Notes: a model not told the origin generated them from the sequence alone. A stretch of DNA of 64,000 nt from Methylobacteriaceae bacterium (GCA_016793505.1 JAEULW010000160.1:4756-68755); one strand, 5' to 3'. Shown: positions 53,431 to 62,740, counted from the stretch's first letter. Numbers and translations are program-made.

Positions 53431-54201
53431 TTACTCGGCGCCACAAAAGGCGCGGAAATCGACTGCGAGGTCGGCGCTGGCTAGGGCTATCAATCTGTCG
53501 CCGGCTTCGCGCGTCGCCAGCGCCGAATGCGAGATCACGCGCCCGTCCGGATAGCGCCGCCGGAAATCGGCGGCGTCGTAGTAGTTGTCCCCGGCGTGCA
53601 TGAGAATGTCGCCGGTCGACACGGCGGGCGGCGGCCTATTGAAGGGCGCGATCGCGTCAGGACAGGCGGCGAGCGTGACGGCGACTTCCGAAGGCGTCGC
53701 GTGGTAGCCCTCCTGCGCGCCGTAGAGCTCGCGTCGCAGAGCGTCGGCGCCGGGCATTTCCCACCAGCTCTTCAGTCGGCAATGCACCGGCGTCGGCGTC
53801 GCAGCTCCGGCCATAGAGCGCGCCGCGTAATATTCCTGCACCGCGCAGCGGATCGGCGCGACATTGCCGCCATGTCCGTTGAAGAAATAGATGCGGGTGA
53901 AGCCGGTGGCGGCGAGGGAGCAGATCAGGTCGAGCGCGACGGCCGTGAGCGTCGAGGGCCGCAGAGACATCGTCCCCGGAAAGCCGAGATGGAATTGCGA
54001 CATGCCGTAGGCGAGGGTCGGCGCGACGAGTATGTCATGCTCGCGACCGCAGCGACGGGCGATCGCCTCGGCGCAAAGATGATCGGTTCCGATCAGCGCG
54101 TCGGGCCCGTGCTGCTCGGTCGCGCCGACCGGCACGATGAGCCCAGGGCAATCGCCCAGATATCGCTCGACGGCCGCGCTGGTCATCATTTCGAGACGCA
54201 T
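53431..54201 (-). CDS. Creatininase-family amidohydrolase
   Basis: VPVGATEQHGP...FFNGHGGN motifs. Confidence 0.75.
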   Translation of the reverse strand: MRLEMMTSAAVERYLGDCPGLIVPVGATEQHGPDALIGTDHLCAEAIARRCGREHDILVAPTLAYGMSQFHLGFPGTMSLRPSTLTAVALDLICSLAATGFTRIYFFNGHGGNVAPIRCAVQEYYAARSMAGAATPTPVHCRLKSWWEMPGADALRRELYGAQEGYHATPSEVAVTLAACPDAIAPFNRPPPAVSTGDILMHAGDNYYDAADFRRRYPDGRVISHSALATREAGDRLIALASADLAVDFRAFCGAE

Positions 54202-54278
54202 CGTGACGGCTCCCTTCCGGCTCGCGGCGGCGATGCGCTACGCTCGGCGCCAGGGCTGGAGCTGAGCGGGGCGCATTC

Positions 54279-54935
54279 ATGCACATCTATCAACTGCCGA
54301 TCTCGCTTTACAGCTTCAAATTGCGGCTGGCGTTGCGGCTCAAGGATATCGAGATCCCCTTCCGCGAGCCGCCCGGCGGCTATCGTTCCGACGCCTTCGC
54401 GCAGATCAATCCGGCACGAACGATTCCTGCGCTGGGCGATGGGGCGTTCTGGCTGGCCGAATCCGACGCGATCATCGAGTATCTGGATGATGCAGTCCTA
54501 GGTCGCCCGTTGCGATCCGACGATCTGCAGGCGCGGGCTCGGGACCGGATGCTGTCGCGCTGGTGCGATTTCGGGCTCGAGCCCGCTGTCCGTCGGCTGT
54601 TTCCGCTGGTGGCGCCAGAGACTCGCCAGCCTTCGGCGGTGGCGGAATGCGCCGAGATCGTGACGGTTCGGCTGGATCGTCTCGAGGCAGGGCTCGACGC
54701 GATCGGCCCGTTCGCGGCCGGCCCGACGCCGGGTTTGGCGGATTGCGGCCTCACCGCGACCTGTGCGTGGATCGACGCCCTGGCGGACGTCGGGCTGCTG
54801 GGCCGGCTCGAACAGCCGCGACTGCAAAGAACATTGTCGGCCATGCGCGCGCATCGCGCCTGCATGGCGGAGATCGCGGCCTACCGCGCGCTGACCGAGG
54901 GTTGGGTGCGCGCCAAGATCGGCGCGGCGCCATGA
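54279..54935 (+). CDS. Glutathione S-transferase family protein
   Basis: N-terminal thioredoxin-like GST fold (YSFKLRLAL...IPAL...ESDAIIEYLDD). Confidence 0.7.
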   Translation: MHIYQLPISLYSFKLRLALRLKDIEIPFREPPGGYRSDAFAQINPARTIPALGDGAFWLAESDAIIEYLDDAVLGRPLRSDDLQARARDRMLSRWCDFGLEPAVRRLFPLVAPETRQPSAVAECAEIVTVRLDRLEAGLDAIGPFAAGPTPGLADCGLTATCAWIDALADVGLLGRLEQPRLQRTLSAMRAHRACMAEIAAYRALTEGWVRAKIGAAP

Positions 54936-55124
54936 GACCGCGACTGCGACCATCGCGCGAAGCCACTTGCGTCACGCGCGGGGCGCTGCGGGGTGTGCTG
55001 AATTCGAGGCGATCGCGCGGGCGCGGCTCCAGAACGTAGGCGCCAGCGCTGGCGTTGCAGGCGTGGTTGCTCTAGAAGCACGTTGGGATCGCCGCGGCCG
55101 AGCATGCGGCGGAGGAAGCGTCTC

Positions 55125-55667
55125 ATGTTGTCCAGACGCGCGCTTCTTGCGCTGACCATGACTATCCTGGCGACGCCGTCGCGCGCCGGAACGCTCGAAC
55201 TGGCAGGCACGCGACATGACGGATCGCGATACGATCCGGCTGCGGTCACGGGTTGGAAGCTCGTCTATTTCGGCTATGCCCGCTGCCCGGACGTCTGTCC
55301 GGTCGGACTGCAGACGATGAGCGACGCGATCGACCGCCTGCGTGCGCTCGGCGAGCGCGTCACGCCGGTCTTTGTCACAGTTGATCCGGAGCGCGACACG
55401 CCGAGCGCAATGGCCGACTACGTCGCCTTTTTCCATCCGCGCATGATCGGGATTTCACCCTCTGCGGAGGAACTTGCCTCCATCGCCGCCGCCTGGCGGG
55501 TGAAATATGTGCGCGTCGAGATCGGCGAGGGGCGACCCTATCTGATGGATCACACGGCGAGCGTGTTTCTTGTCGATGCGCGCGGCGAACTGGCGGCTCG
55601 CTTCCCGCACGACATCACCGCTGACCGGATGGCGGCGCTGATCCAGAAAGCGTTCGAGCGTCGCTAG
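55125..55667 (+). CDS. SCO1/SenC-family copper chaperone
   Basis: ATG 55125 (MLSRRALLALTM...). CPDVCP (CXXXC) motif and the downstream DHTASVF histidine. Confidence 0.85.
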   Translation: MLSRRALLALTMTILATPSRAGTLELAGTRHDGSRYDPAAVTGWKLVYFGYARCPDVCPVGLQTMSDAIDRLRALGERVTPVFVTVDPERDTPSAMADYVAFFHPRMIGISPSAEELASIAAAWRVKYVRVEIGEGRPYLMDHTASVFLVDARGELAARFPHDITADRMAALIQKAFERR

Positions 55668-55669
55668 AC

Positions 55670-56188
55670 TCAACCGCGCGGCGCGATGAGCACGCGCAGC
55701 TGCTCGCGCGTGACGCGGGCGTCCCAATCGATCGCGCCGAGCGCGCGGGCGACCTCGCGGCCGGCGGGATCGAGCACGATCGTCGTCGGCAGACGATCGA
55801 CGCCGGTCGCAAGCGTCGCCTCGCGATTGAGGTCGTGAAACAGTTCGACCTCGGCGAGGCCAAGGTTCTCCACCGTGCGGTCGATCACGGGCCAGCCCAG
55901 CCGATCGATCGAGATGGCTGCGATCCGCAGGCCCTCGCCGCGCATGTCGCGTTGCAGCGCCTCCAGCGCGGCGAATTCCTCGCGACAACCGACGCACCAG
56001 CTCGCCCAGAAGTGGGCGAGCGTCGGCCGTCCGGCGAAACTGCCGACGTCATGGACGCGCCCATGGCGGTCGTACACGGCGAAGGCGATCGGTCGCGGCG
56101 CGGACAGGCGCCATTCGCCGGCGCCGGCGCGAGCCGGCGCAGCGAACAGCGCCGGAGCGAGAGCAAGCGCGGCGCGGCGGGTGATCAT
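55670..56188 (-). CDS. TlpA-like periplasmic thiol:disulfide oxidoreductase
   Basis: ATG 56188 overlaps the upstream stop (ATGA). Signal/anchor MITRRAALALAPALFAAPARA and the WASWCVGC active site. Confidence 0.8.
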   Translation of the reverse strand: MITRRAALALAPALFAAPARAGAGEWRLSAPRPIAFAVYDRHGRVHDVGSFAGRPTLAHFWASWCVGCREEFAALEALQRDMRGEGLRIAAISIDRLGWPVIDRTVENLGLAEVELFHDLNREATLATGVDRLPTTIVLDPAGREVARALGAIDWDARVTREQLRVLIAPRG

Positions 56189-57108
56189 GGCCGCCACCAA
56201 AGGAGGAGGGCGACGAGCAACGCCAGAATGGCCTGAAAGCGCGCGGTGTCGGCAAGACGCAGATTGATCGCGCGACCGACCGGCGTCGCGGCGAGGCGGC
56301 GGGCGAGCGGAAGCGCGCCGACGGCGCTCGCGGCGACGACGCCGGCGCCGATCATGGTCAGCGGCGCGAGCGCGACAGCTGCGATCAGGCTGGCGGCGAC
56401 GAGTTCGCCGGCGTAAAGCGCGACCGTGCGTTCGGGACCAAGCCGGATCGCCAGCGTGCGGCGCCCGTTGCCTGCGTCCTCGACGCGATCGCGATGATTG
56501 TTGACGGTGAGCACCGCGGCGGCGGGCAGACCGATGGCGAGGCCGAGCAGAAGCGCCGTGGGATCGACCCGGCCCGCCCCGAGCCAGACCGTCCCCGTCA
56601 CTGCGGCGACGCCGAAGAACAGGACGACGAAAATCTCGCCCAGCGGCGAGGCGGAGATCGGCCGCGGCCCGTAAGAGTAGCCCCAGCCGGCCAGCAGCGA
56701 TGCGACGCCGATCGCCAGAATCGGCCAGCCGCCGTGGAAGACGGCGATGGCGCCGAACAGCGCGGCGATGAGCGTGGCGGCCAGCGCGCCGCCGGCGACG
56801 GTCGACGCGGGCATCAAACCCGCGCCGGTGAGACGCTGCGGTCCGAGTCGCGCCGGGCCGTCGCCGCCGCGCGCCCCGTCCGCCGCGTCATTGGCCAGAT
56901 TCGTGGCGATCTGGATCGCCAGCGCTGAGATCGCCGCGGCGAGCACCGGCAGCTTCGCGACGACCGGGGTCAGCGTCGTCGCATGCGCGAACCCGACGAG
57001 AATCGGCGCGAACGAAATGAACAGCGTGCGCGGTCGCGCGCCGCGCAGCCACAGGACTGCGCGATCGAGGCGCCCGGCGCGCGCAGACGTGAAGGCGCTC
57101 TCGGTCAT
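56185..57108 (-). CDS. UbiA-superfamily prenyltransferase, MenA-like (1,4-dihydroxy-2-naphthoate polyprenyltransferase type)
   Basis: Polytopic, with NLANDAADGARG (N-D-x-x-D) and NNHRDRVEDAGNGRRTLA. These match the two Asp-rich MenA motifs (NDxxD and NNxRDxxxDxxxGxxTL). Confidence 0.65.
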   Translation of the reverse strand: MTESAFTSARAGRLDRAVLWLRGARPRTLFISFAPILVGFAHATTLTPVVAKLPVLAAAISALAIQIATNLANDAADGARGGDGPARLGPQRLTGAGLMPASTVAGGALAATLIAALFGAIAVFHGGWPILAIGVASLLAGWGYSYGPRPISASPLGEIFVVLFFGVAAVTGTVWLGAGRVDPTALLLGLAIGLPAAAVLTVNNHRDRVEDAGNGRRTLAIRLGPERTVALYAGELVAASLIAAVALAPLTMIGAGVVAASAVGALPLARRLAATPVGRAINLRLADTARFQAILALLVALLLWWRP

Positions 57109-57288
57109 GTCGCCGGCCTCATGCAGTCATGGCCAGGCTTGTCCCGGCTTTCCTCGCGGCGGCGGTTTCGAATGGCTTCGACATTGTGCGGCCGAGAGTC
57201 AGGCGTGGATGGCCGGGCCAAGTCCGGCCATGACGAGTAGCACCATATATGCGTCGAACCTCGCCTGCCAGCATCCTGCCGCGCGCCC

Positions 57289-58149
57289 TCATGGCAGATC
57301 CCCGCGGCGGAAAATCAGAAAGCCGACGAGGGCGCTGACGAGGCCCAGCGTCGCCGGCCAGGCGAAGGCCCAGATCATGAAGCCCATGCGGCCGAACAGA
57401 TCGAAGATCGTGTACGCCGTTGGGCCGAGCAGGACGAGTTGCGGATCGAACAGCAGCATCGAGCCGGTGCGGAACACCTGTAACGGATTGATGAGTGCGA
57501 TGGCGACGATCCCCTCGATCGCCATGCGCCCGCGGATCAGCGCGCCGAGCAGCACGAGATCGAGCGCGAGAACACAGACCAGCCAGACGAGGAAAGCGAC
57601 GGTCTGCGCCGTGTCGACCGTGCGCGTCGTCGCCGCTATAAGGAAGCCGAGGCCGACGAAGGCGAGGATCATCACGAGCAGAAGGCCGATGTCGAAGCCG
57701 AGCTCGGTCCATGGCACGGCGACGCCGCGGACGGCGCCATAGACCGCAGCCAGCAGCAGCGCGCCGACGACGGGCGCGGCGGCGAGGACGTAGCGACCGA
57801 AAAAGCGGCCCGCATACCAAGCGCCGACGCCGACAGGAAGGCCGAGCACATATTCGAAGACGCCAGCCTCGCGATCGCCGGCGAGCGAGCGCACGGTGGT
57901 GATCAGCACGAAGATCGGCAGGATCGCCATGACGAGCTGAACATAGGTGAGCAAGGTGCGCGACAGGCCGGTGAAACCGAGCACGCGCGCCTCTGTCAGC
58001 CCGAAGACGAGCAAGACGCCGACGAGCAGGATGAAGACGGCTGCATAGGCGAGAAACCAGCGCGCCCGCAGCGCCTCGGCGATCTCGAGCCGGAAGGTGG
58101 CGCGAAACCCGGGCCAGAAATCTCCCGTGCGGGCGTCGACCGCGCTCAA
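57289..58149 (-). CDS. nosY: NosY, ABC-2 type permease of the NosDFY complex
   Basis: TTG 58149 overlaps the nosL stop (TTGA). Six-TM ABC-2 permease. Confidence 0.8.
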   Translation of the reverse strand: MSAVDARTGDFWPGFRATFRLEIAEALRARWFLAYAAVFILLVGVLLVFGLTEARVLGFTGLSRTLLTYVQLVMAILPIFVLITTVRSLAGDREAGVFEYVLGLPVGVGAWYAGRFFGRYVLAAAPVVGALLLAAVYGAVRGVAVPWTELGFDIGLLLVMILAFVGLGFLIAATTRTVDTAQTVAFLVWLVCVLALDLVLLGALIRGRMAIEGIVAIALINPLQVFRTGSMLLFDPQLVLLGPTAYTIFDLFGRMGFMIWAFAWPATLGLVSALVGFLIFRRGDLP

Positions 58150-58631
58150 CTGCGGGCTCCTGCCGGGTGTTCGCAGCCGGCCTTGATCTTGATCGCCTTC
58201 GTCGCGGCTGCAAAGTCGAGCCCAAAGGCGGCGCCGGTTCCCGAGGCGTGGTCATAGCCCATCGGCGTCGGCGTCACGCGGAACATAGCGCTGCGCGCGT
58301 CGAGCCAGGTCTCGGGTTTCGTCTCGTCGATCGTCCAGAACTTTACGTCCTGCCTGTCCAGGGTTCCTGCGTCGAAAGCAGCGACCACGGCGCAGCCGAA
58401 ATCATCATAGATGCGCGGGCGGTTCTGCGTCGCGTCCCAGATCTGCGCGCCGTAGCGGCGGTCGCCGAAGGTCATGTGGCAGAACTCACAGAGATCTCGG
58501 CCCCAGCGGATCTTTCGCGGCGCGGCGACGGTCGGCGCGCAGGCGGGCAGACCCGCGGCGACTGCGACGGCGAACGCGGCGCGCATCAGCGCGCGACGCG
58601 AAACGCAACCCTCACGAGACGCGCGGCGCAT
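58146..58631 (-). CDS. nosL: NosL copper-chaperone lipoprotein
   Basis: Lipobox LPAC, then the CEFCHM metal motif typical of NosL. Overlaps nosF by 20 nt. Confidence 0.8.
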   Translation of the reverse strand: MRRASREGCVSRRALMRAAFAVAVAAGLPACAPTVAAPRKIRWGRDLCEFCHMTFGDRRYGAQIWDATQNRPRIYDDFGCAVVAAFDAGTLDRQDVKFWTIDETKPETWLDARSAMFRVTPTPMGYDHASGTGAAFGLDFAAATKAIKIKAGCEHPAGARS

Positions 58632-59493
58632 CGGCCTTCTCCCTTCGCGCCGCGTCGAGCCGCATCGCGCCGACGAGGCCGGCGTGACGGGCGAGGAAGC
58701 CGAGAAAGCGCAATCGGTCCGGGCCGGAGATGACGCCAGACCAGACGCGCGGCGGTCCTTCGGTCATCGCCCATTCAGCTGCGGCGCGGGCGAAACCTGG
58801 CTCGTCGCGCACCGTCTCGAGCCGCACATCGAAGTGCGAGCCGAGCGCGCCGGCGTCGGCGATCTCGTCATCGAGGACAATGCGGCCGCGATCGAGCTCG
58901 ACGACGCGATTCACCAGTCCGGCAATCTCGTCGATGCGGTGGGACGAAATGATCATCGTCGCATCCTGCGCGCGTTCGGCGAGCAGCGCAAACAGGCCGG
59001 CGCGGGCCTGCGGGTCGAGATTGGCGGCAGGCTCGTCCAGGATGAGCAGGCGCGCCCGTCGGCCGAGCGCCATGGCGATCAGAAGCTTCTGTTTCATGCC
59101 GCCGGAAAGCCGTACGAATGGGCGGCGGGCGACCTCCTCCGGGTCGAGGCCGAGGCGGCGCGAGACATCGGCCATCGACGCGACGGAGGCGCCGCATACG
59201 TCGGCGACATAGCGCATCAGGCCGCCGACCGGCGTGACCAGGCGCGGGGCGATCTGGGGCACGAAAGCGATGTCGCGCAGTACGGCGGCGCGCTCGGTGC
59301 GCGGATCGCGCCCGTCGATGGCGATCCGACCCCGATAGACATACTCGCCGAGCAGGCAGCGGAACAGCGTCGTCTTGCCGGCGCCGTTCTGGCCGATCAG
59401 GGCGATGCGCTGACCCTGCGACGCCGTGAGCGACAGGCCGTCGAGCACGGCCGCGCCGCCGAGCGTCTTGGTCAAGGCCTCGATCGCGATCAT
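58612..59493 (-). CDS. nosF: NosF, ABC ATPase of the NosDFY complex
   Basis: ATG 59493 overlaps the nosH stop (ATGA). Walker A GQNGAGKTT, signature LSGGMKQK, Walker B LILDEPAANLD. Confidence 0.85.
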   Translation of the reverse strand: MIAIEALTKTLGGAAVLDGLSLTASQGQRIALIGQNGAGKTTLFRCLLGEYVYRGRIAIDGRDPRTERAAVLRDIAFVPQIAPRLVTPVGGLMRYVADVCGASVASMADVSRRLGLDPEEVARRPFVRLSGGMKQKLLIAMALGRRARLLILDEPAANLDPQARAGLFALLAERAQDATMIISSHRIDEIAGLVNRVVELDRGRIVLDDEIADAGALGSHFDVRLETVRDEPGFARAAAEWAMTEGPPRVWSGVISGPDRLRFLGFLARHAGLVGAMRLDAARREKADAPRVS

Positions 59494-60545
59494 GCGGGCG
59501 GGGTCTCCGCGCCGACGCGCTCGGCCGGCGCGTCGAGGCGCGGGCGCGCGGGGCGCTGATAAGGCCTCGTGACGCCGGCGACCTCGAAGGTCAGAGCGCC
59601 GGTCGGGCAGGCGTCGAGACAGAGCGCGCAGCGCGTGCAGTCCGGCCCGATCGGCTCGCGCACTTCCGTGCCATAGCTCATCTTCGTCATGTCGAGCACA
59701 TGCGGCACGAGGCAAACCTGGCGGCACTTGCCTTCATGGAAGCAGGCGTCGGCGTTATAAACGATCTGCACCGGCGCGGCGACGCCGGCGAAGCCGTAGG
59801 TGAGCCCGATCGGGCAGATATAGCGGCACCAGAAGCGGCGCGACCACACAATCTCGATCGCCAGCAGCAGCGCAATCCAGATGAGCGCGACGAGCGTGCC
59901 ATAGGTGAGGGCGCGGGACAGAATGCCGACCGGCGAGATCGCCTCGAACAGCGTGTAGCCTGTGCCGAAGGCGAGCGCGGCGAAGATGACGAACATGACG
60001 ACGCGCAGGCGCCGGTCGAGTTCATGATCCTTGACGAGGCGCTTTTCGGCGAGCTTCAGGTGCAGCATCTCGGCAATTTCCGAGAGCAGATGATAGGGGC
60101 ACACCCAGGCGCAGAAGCTGCGGCCGCCGAACAGGATGTAGATCAGGAAGACGGTGGCGACGCCGATGACGAGATTGAGAACGACATGCTTGTGCGCCAG
60201 CATCAGCTGCAGCGACGAATTGAGATCGGCGAAATGAAAGCCGAGTACGCGCGAGGCGGTGAGCGCGCCTTCGACGAGTTGCAGGTCGAGCCAGTAGGAC
60301 AGAATGAAAATGCCGTTGAGGACGATGATCGAGGCCCAGCGGCGGGAGCGCCACTTCCACGACATCTCCTCGTGCTCGCGCTCGGCGGCGATCGCCTCCT
60401 TGCGGCGCTTGCGTTCGGATGGCGTCTTCTTGAAGGCGAGCAGCTCGCGGGCGTCGGCGCTCATCTCCTCGGGCGCCGGCTTGACCGGAACCTTGCCGAG
60501 CATAAGCGCGAGGCCCTTGATCGTGCGGGGCAGGAAGGCGCTCAT
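59490..60545 (-). CDS. nosH: NosH, NapH-like membrane-bound polyferredoxin (quinol dehydrogenase subunit)
   Basis: ATG 60545 shares 1 nt with the nosG stop. Four TM helices, two CX3CP motifs (CAWVCP, CRYICP), and two C-terminal 4Fe-4S motifs (CFHEGKCRQVC, CTRCALCLDACP). Confidence 0.8.
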   Translation of the reverse strand: MSAFLPRTIKGLALMLGKVPVKPAPEEMSADARELLAFKKTPSERKRRKEAIAAEREHEEMSWKWRSRRWASIIVLNGIFILSYWLDLQLVEGALTASRVLGFHFADLNSSLQLMLAHKHVVLNLVIGVATVFLIYILFGGRSFCAWVCPYHLLSEIAEMLHLKLAEKRLVKDHELDRRLRVVMFVIFAALAFGTGYTLFEAISPVGILSRALTYGTLVALIWIALLLAIEIVWSRRFWCRYICPIGLTYGFAGVAAPVQIVYNADACFHEGKCRQVCLVPHVLDMTKMSYGTEVREPIGPDCTRCALCLDACPTGALTFEVAGVTRPYQRPARPRLDAPAERVGAETPPA

Positions 60546-61333
60546 CAGGCCGCTCCTCTCGGCTTGGGCGCGCGCGCGCCGGGAGAGACGTCGATGACGA
60601 TGGCGGCCGGTTCGGCCGGGCACATCATCTCGCAGACGCCGCAGCCGACGCAACTCTTGTTCACGACCGGCGTGCGTCGCCGATCGGCGGGATCGGTTGA
60701 AACGGGTTCGAGCGCGATCGCGCCTTCGATCGGGCATTCGCGCACGCACAGATCGCAGAGGGCGAGATCATAGGGCTGCGAGGCGACGGGCCTGGGCTTC
60801 CAGCGATCCACCTTTGCGTAGCGCAACAGCCCACGAAACGCCTCGCCGCGCGCCGATCCTTTAAAGCCCTCACCCTTGCGGGCGAGGCAGGCGTCGGGCC
60901 GGGCGAGCCGCGCCACGCCCATCGTCACCTGCTCCTTCTTGTCGATGAGATGCGACAAGGCGCCGGTCGGGCAGGCGAGCACGCATTGCGTTGCGTCGCA
61001 GGAGAAGTCGCAGGCCTGGTCGCGCGCCACGATGTAGGGCGCGCCGTTGCCGACGCCTTCCTGAATGTCGGCGAGATGGATTGCCTTGACGGGGCAGACC
61101 TGCACGCATTGGCCGCACTTGATGCAGGCGGCGAGAAACTCTTTTTCGTCGAGCGCGCCGGGCGGGCGCAAACGCGGGGCGGCCTTCGCGACGTATTGCG
61201 GCAGCAGGCCGGCGAGAGCGGCGCAGGTCATCGCCGCCCCGACAGCCACGGAACGCATCAGTTTGCGGCGTTCCTCGTCGATCTTCTTGGAGGGACGGCG
61301 CACCGGCGCGGCGGACTCGGGGATATCGCTCAT
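60545..61333 (-). CDS. nosG: NosG, NapG-like periplasmic polyferredoxin
   Basis: ATG 61333 overlaps the nosD stop (ATGA). Twin-arginine-like ERRKLMRSVAVGAAM. Four Cys clusters (CIKCGQCVQVCP, CDATQCVLACP, CDLCVRECP, CVGCGVCEMMCP). Confidence 0.8.
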   Translation of the reverse strand: MSDIPESAAPVRRPSKKIDEERRKLMRSVAVGAAMTCAALAGLLPQYVAKAAPRLRPPGALDEKEFLAACIKCGQCVQVCPVKAIHLADIQEGVGNGAPYIVARDQACDFSCDATQCVLACPTGALSHLIDKKEQVTMGVARLARPDACLARKGEGFKGSARGEAFRGLLRYAKVDRWKPRPVASQPYDLALCDLCVRECPIEGAIALEPVSTDPADRRRTPVVNKSCVGCGVCEMMCPAEPAAIVIDVSPGARAPKPRGAA

Positions 61334-62739
61334 GAGCCTTTGTCCGCACGAGGCGCGCCCGCGCCGGCCGGCGGCGCGAACAAAGGCGCCGAGTCGCGAA
61401 TGATCAGCTGCGGCTCGTGAAAGGCGCCGAGACGCTCGACGAAATCGATGGCCTCGAGGGACGGCGCGGCGCGGAAGAATTGCGCGTCGGGGACATCCAT
61501 CCACAGCCGGTCGGCCCAGCTCCAGCTCTCATAGGGTGTGTCGCCGACGCCGTCGCGATTGCGGTCGAAGCCCTCGTAGTCATCCCAATAGTTGCCGTCC
61601 CATCGGTTGCGCTTCGCCGAGCGCGCGCCGGCGACCGTGACGGCGCGATGATTGCCGATGAAGGCGTTGTGCGCGAAGGCGTTGCCTTCCCAGTCGGAAT
61701 GGAAGGCTACGGCGACGCCGTTATAGGCGATGCGGTTCATCTCGAAGCGGTTGAAGCCTTCAGGATCGTAAGGCGAGGCGTCCATGAAGACGCCGCGGGC
61801 GTTGGCGAAGATGTCGTTGTTGACGACGAGCGTGTTCGACGATTCCTTGAAGCCGACGCCGATCCCGGACGGACCCTGACTGTAGGTGATGACGTTGCCG
61901 ACGATCTTCGTGTCGTTGGCGTACATCAGAAAGACGCCGACGGTGTTCGACATGAAGTGGTTCTTCTCGATCGAATTTCCGTGCGCATACATGAGGTGCG
62001 CACCGTAACGGCTCTCGCGGATGCGATTGCCGGCGATGCGGTTCTGCCCGGCATACCAGACGACGAGGTCGCGCGTGCGCTCGATGTCGTTGTCCTCGAT
62101 GATGTTGCCGGTGGAGTACCAGACGCGGATGGCGTCGCCGCGCAACGCCTCGGGCAGGCGCTTCGACTGGATGCGATTGCGACGAATGATGTTGCGATCG
62201 GCCTGCTTCAGCTCGAAGCCGAACAGACAGTTCTCGATCACGTTGTCCTTGAAGCTGCCGTGCTTGCCGCGCAGGCGGATTGCGGCGTCCGTCGTCTCGT
62301 GGCGCTCGCCGGAATTGCGCAGGGTCAGGCCCGAGATCGCCACGTCGTCAGCAGTCACCGTCACGATCGAACCGACGCCCCCGCCGTCGACGACGGCGCC
62401 TTTCTCGGCCTCGATGCGCATCTGGCGATCGACCCGGCCGGGCGCAGCGTAGACGCCGGGTCGCAGCGTCAGAACGCCGCCCGTCGGCGTCGCGTCGATC
62501 AGCGGCTGAAGCCGGGTCGCGCCGGGCGGGAAACGCCGGAGACTTTCGAGCTCGTCTTCGGAGCGCGGATCGGGCGGAGGCAGAGAGTGATCGGTGAAAC
62601 TCGCGTTGCGGGTCAGATCGTAGACGCCGAAGCGGGAGGCGACTTTCGTCACCGCGACGCCGACGACGACAGTGACGGCGAGTGCGGCGAGGCCCGTCGT
62701 CAGGCGCTTTGCCCAGAGCGTCGCGAGCGCGCGCGCCAT
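61330..62739 (-). CDS. nosD: NosD, periplasmic beta-helix protein of the NosDFY complex
   Basis: Parallel beta-helix repeats (NNDIFANARGVFM, NRIAYNGVAVAFH and others), 469 aa, N-terminal anchor. Confidence 0.9.
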   Translation of the reverse strand: MARALATLWAKRLTTGLAALAVTVVVGVAVTKVASRFGVYDLTRNASFTDHSLPPPDPRSEDELESLRRFPPGATRLQPLIDATPTGGVLTLRPGVYAAPGRVDRQMRIEAEKGAVVDGGGVGSIVTVTADDVAISGLTLRNSGERHETTDAAIRLRGKHGSFKDNVIENCLFGFELKQADRNIIRRNRIQSKRLPEALRGDAIRVWYSTGNIIEDNDIERTRDLVVWYAGQNRIAGNRIRESRYGAHLMYAHGNSIEKNHFMSNTVGVFLMYANDTKIVGNVITYSQGPSGIGVGFKESSNTLVVNNDIFANARGVFMDASPYDPEGFNRFEMNRIAYNGVAVAFHSDWEGNAFAHNAFIGNHRAVTVAGARSAKRNRWDGNYWDDYEGFDRNRDGVGDTPYESWSWADRLWMDVPDAQFFRAAPSLEAIDFVERLGAFHEPQLIIRDSAPLFAPPAGAGAPRADKGS

Positions 62740-62740
62740 G

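Noticed and set aside
57211-57229. GGCCGG-N7-CCGGCC hairpin in the nosY / menA-like intergenic region, considered as a possible terminator.
   Set aside because: The stem is only 6 bp with no U-tract on the transcribed (minus) strand. That is insufficient to call a terminator or an operon boundary.
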